From Candidatus Odinarchaeota archaeon (lineage in GTDB: Archaea; Asgardarchaeota; Odinarchaeia; Odinarchaeales; Odinarchaeaceae), in NCBI GenBank assembly GCA_038826135.1, contig JAWBON010000057.1:1-7480 (forward strand): DNA of 7,480 nucleotides, in the 5' to 3' direction. Below the pieces are notes generated by a model. That model was given only the letters and a program-made list of their open reading frames with translations. It was not told the DNA's origin and did no database searches. Shown here piece after piece: positions 4,979-7,480 of the stretch (position 1 is the stretch's first letter; each line of letters begins with the position of its first letter). Position numbers and translations under genes: made by a program.

Positions 4979-6634
4979 ATGGGGTTTAATATGAGCCATG
5001 AACTATTCGAAGCTGCTTCTAAGATAGCTAAGGAGGCTGTTAAGTTAGATAAGCAGAATAACCCGCGGGAGGCGGCTGAAAAATATCTTAAAGCCGCAGA
5101 TGTTCTTATTAAACTTTCTAAAGTGACGGAAAACTCGACTCTTAAAAATATTTGCTTCAAAACAGCGGAGCAATATATTAAAAGAGCTAAAGAGCTTAGA
5201 AGAACAGCCCGAGGTAATTTCAAAGAGGATACGGGTTCTAGCGCAGATACCGGTGAAGTTGAATTAGCTGGAAATATTTCAGATATTATTTTAACAGAGA
5301 AGCCTTCTGTCCGCTGGAGTGATGTAGCCGATCTGAAGGAGGCGAAGCAGGCCCTCAGAGAAGCAGTGATACTGCCAATGCTCAGACCTGACCTTTTCAC
5401 AGGTGCAAGGGTACCTTGGCGTGGAATACTTTTATTCGGCCCACCAGGATGCGGCAAGTGCGTGTGTGAGGATGAAACCGTAATCACCGAGACAGGTGAG
5501 AGGGAGACAGCGGCGGAGATCTTCCATAAAGTGAAAAAACGGTTATTAACAGGAGGAGTCGGGGAGTATGTTTATACACCTGAGGGAGGCTTGAATCTGT
5601 TATCGGTAAATATTTCGGGAAAAATAGTGCCTGACAGGGTTTCATTCCTCTACACTAAAAAAGATGCTAAATGCCTCAGACTCAGATTAGAATACGGGGG
5701 CGATATAAAAATAGGTGAAAACCATCCACTATTATGCGCTAAAGAGAAAGGGTACACCTGGGTTAGGGGAAGCATGCTTCAACTTGGGGACCGAGTGGCG
5801 TATATTCAGAATATTAGTAAACGCCGTGAAAGATGCGTGAATAAATGGGTTAAGTTCCCGAAGATTATAGATATAGAAGTTTTTAAACAGGATATTTATG
5901 ATTTTGAAACAGTGAGAAATCACACGTATCTAATCGGGGAGGGTTTTATTTCACATAACACTTTTATTTCCAAAGCAGTGGCGAATGAGTCTAACGCGAC
6001 ATTCTTGAGCGCGGATGCTGCTACACTTGTCTCAAAATGGCTTGGTGAATCAGAGAAAGCTATCAAAAGTCTTTTCAACGCCGCCAGAGAGAACGCTCCG
6101 TCAATTATATTTATCGATGAAATTGACGCGATAGCTGGTACACGGGATGAGGATGAGGTTGGCGGTGAAAGGAGATTGAAAACACAGATGCTGATTGAAA
6201 TGGATGGTGTAAAAGAGTACAAGTCCAAGCAGCTTATGGTTTTAGGGGCTACTAATAGACCATGGGATATTGATCCAGCTTTTAGGAGAAGATTTGAAAG
6301 AAGAATATATATTCCCCTACCAGATAAAGACGCTAGAAAAGAAGTTTTCAAGTATCATTTGAAAGGAATAGATTTAGATGAAGATGTGGACTTAGATGAG
6401 TTAGCGGAGAAATCAGAGGGGTTCACTTCATCCGATATAGCTTTAATATGCCGTGAATCTGCGATGACACCTATACGGGAACTTGACGAACAGGGATTAC
6501 TTGAAAACGTTGACTGTAAACCGCGGCCTGTCAACAGGAGTGATCTAATCAGCTCGCTTACTAGGATAAAACCTGTAGTCACACCCAGCGAAATAAAGAG
6601 ATATGAAGAGTGGGCTTCCGAATACCGGAGTTGA
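4979..6634 (+). CDS. vps4: Vps4/CdvC AAA+ ATPase (MIT + AAA), intein-containing precursor
   Basis: N-terminal MIT domain (AKEAVKLDKQNNPREAAEKYLKAADVL), Walker A GPPGCGK|T split by an intein, pore loop SKWLGESEK, Walker B IIFIDEID, ATNRPW, arginine fingers AFRRRF and C-terminal helix EIKRYEEWASEY. Located between ESCRT-III and ESCRT-II genes. The true start may be ATG 4991. The spliced product is 384 aa (380 aa from 4991). Confidence 0.93.
   Translation: MGFNMSHELFEAASKIAKEAVKLDKQNNPREAAEKYLKAADVLIKLSKVTENSTLKNICFKTAEQYIKRAKELRRTARGNFKEDTGSSADTGEVELAGNISDIILTEKPSVRWSDVADLKEAKQALREAVILPMLRPDLFTGARVPWRGILLFGPPGCGKCVCEDETVITETGERETAAEIFHKVKKRLLTGGVGEYVYTPEGGLNLLSVNISGKIVPDRVSFLYTKKDAKCLRLRLEYGGDIKIGENHPLLCAKEKGYTWVRGSMLQLGDRVAYIQNISKRRERCVNKWVKFPKIIDIEVFKQDIYDFETVRNHTYLIGEGFISHNTFISKAVANESNATFLSADAATLVSKWLGESEKAIKSLFNAARENAPSIIFIDEIDAIAGTRDEDEVGGERRLKTQMLIEMDGVKEYKSKQLMVLGATNRPWDIDPAFRRRFERRIYIPLPDKDARKEVFKYHLKGIDLDEDVDLDELAEKSEGFTSSDIALICRESAMTPIRELDEQGLLENVDCKPRPVNRSDLISSLTRIKPVVTPSEIKRYEEWASEYRS
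5459..5959 (+). mobile_element. Mini-intein (167 aa, no homing endonuclease) in the Vps4 Walker A motif
   Basis: Begins with Cys (CVCEDETV, block A); block B-like IKIGENHPLL; WVRGSMLQLGDRV; block F IYDFETVRNHTY; ends GFISHN followed by Thr+1. Removing it restores GPPGCGKTFISKAVANE. The central linker is only about 14 aa, too short for a LAGLIDADG domain. Confidence 0.93.
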
Positions 6635-6660
6635 ATAATAGGAGTGAGAGGGGTTAACGG

Positions 6661-7359
6661 TTGGGTTCTAGCAGGGAGTTAGAAAAAACAAAGAGTAAAA
6701 AAGAAGAGTTAATGGAAACGATAGATAAGCTGAAAGAGGATTTAACATCTGACATGATTCAAACAAAGGAGAGTGTTTTAAAACCTCGAATGATCAATTT
6801 AAAAGAGATTGAGGAGATTAAAGAGGAGCCGTTAAGCCGTCAAATACCTTCTGAAGGATTCGATTGGGCTGTTAACCGTGAAAAATATCCTTGGATGTAT
6901 TGGATCCCGTCTAAAAACGAGGATGTTGAAAGCTGGTTGAACGAGTGGTCTGATTTCACTCTTCAATGGTTTAAAGCTAACAAGATACATATTATACCGT
7001 TCGCGGAGCTTATGGGTGAAAGACCCTTCATCTATCTTCAGAATAAGATTGATTCTCTAAAACTTATCATTGAAAAACTGATTTCTAGAAAATTCTGCTC
7101 GTATACAGGGGAAGACGGCAGGAGTATCCGAGTGTTTTGGCGCGGATACGAGGATTGGGGTGATTTAATATATAACTGGGCTTTAAAAAATGGCATGGTT
7201 GATTTCACACTTTTCGATATAATCGACTTAGAGGAGAGTACTGATAACTTTCACAGGCTGCCGCAAGAGGATTTGAAAAAAATTTTCAGTCTTCTAGTTA
7301 AAAATAAGAGAGCTGTTTGGATCAGTAAGAAAAACGCGCATATAAAAATATTATTTTAA
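6661..7359 (+). CDS. vps25: ESCRT-II subunit Vps25 with an N-terminal extension
   Basis: VFWRGYEDWGDLIYNW, FTLFDI and NFHRLPQEDL align by eye with human VPS25 (IMWRRPEEWGKLIYQW, FTLYEL, EFHGLDEATL), and YPWMY resembles the PPxY-like motifs. TTG start with GAGGGG 7 nt upstream, 26 nt after the vps4 stop; alternative ATG at 6712. Confidence 0.88.
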   Translation: MGSSRELEKTKSKKEELMETIDKLKEDLTSDMIQTKESVLKPRMINLKEIEEIKEEPLSRQIPSEGFDWAVNREKYPWMYWIPSKNEDVESWLNEWSDFTLQWFKANKIHIIPFAELMGERPFIYLQNKIDSLKLIIEKLISRKFCSYTGEDGRSIRVFWRGYEDWGDLIYNWALKNGMVDFTLFDIIDLEESTDNFHRLPQEDLKKIFSLLVKNKRAVWISKKNAHIKILF

Positions 7360-7374
7360 TAAAGCATTAACGAG

Positions 7375-7480
7375 TTACTTGTTTAAAAAAGCTGGAAAAT
7401 AATATTTTTTCCCATGTGAGTAACTTGAGTCAACTTTAGCCAGACCGTATTCAACCAGTTTAATCAATATCATATTAACT
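7375..7480 (-). CDS. C-terminal 34 aa of a probable ESCRT-II Vps22/Vps36 (EAP30 family) protein entering from the right edge
   Basis: Open frame from 7479 to TAA at 7377-7375: VNMILIKLVEYGLAKVDSSYSHGKKYYFPAFLNK*. It resembles the final winged-helix end of SNF8/Vps22 (L..L...GLA..D......Y..PA) and converges on vps25 with a 15-bp gap. Only a short fragment is visible. Confidence 0.62.
   Translation of the reverse strand, partial: VNMILIKLVEYGLAKVDSSYSHGKKYYFPAFLNK

Noticed and set aside
6470-6530. Vps4 lacks the eukaryotic beta-domain insertion
   Set aside because: Real, but expected for archaeal Vps4/CdvC, so not novel.
4912-6582. Four - strand ORFs (4912-5487, 5732-5923, 5920-6351, 6355-6582)
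   Set aside because: Antisense shadows of vps4 and its intein; Ser-rich, with no motifs.
1-7480. CRISPR arrays, IS elements, tRNA or rRNA genes
   Set aside because: No repeat-spacer periodicity, transposase ORF, terminal inverted repeats or RNA-gene consensus seen.

Overview
AT-rich, compact archaeal DNA whose gene content points to an Asgard archaeon; a thermophilic Odinarchaeia-like lineage is only a guess. From left to right: the 5' part of an OFA-family MFS transporter (-, missing from the ORF track), a class II CPD photolyase (-), a longin-domain/small GTPase fusion (+) and a single-OB-fold SSB (-). An ESCRT locus follows: two ESCRT-III genes (Vps20/32/60-like and Vps2/24/46-like, both -), a divergent MIT-AAA Vps4 (+), Vps25 (+) and the 3' end of a convergent Vps22/36 (EAP30)-like gene (-, also missing from the track). 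The most notable observations are a 167-aa mini-intein splitting the Vps4 Walker A motif (GPPGCGK|T), a CxxC across its N-terminal splice junction, and a 51% GC, extensively base-paired 101-nt element between the ESCRT-III genes and ssb. All assignments come from motif recognition by eye; no database searches or folding programs were run.
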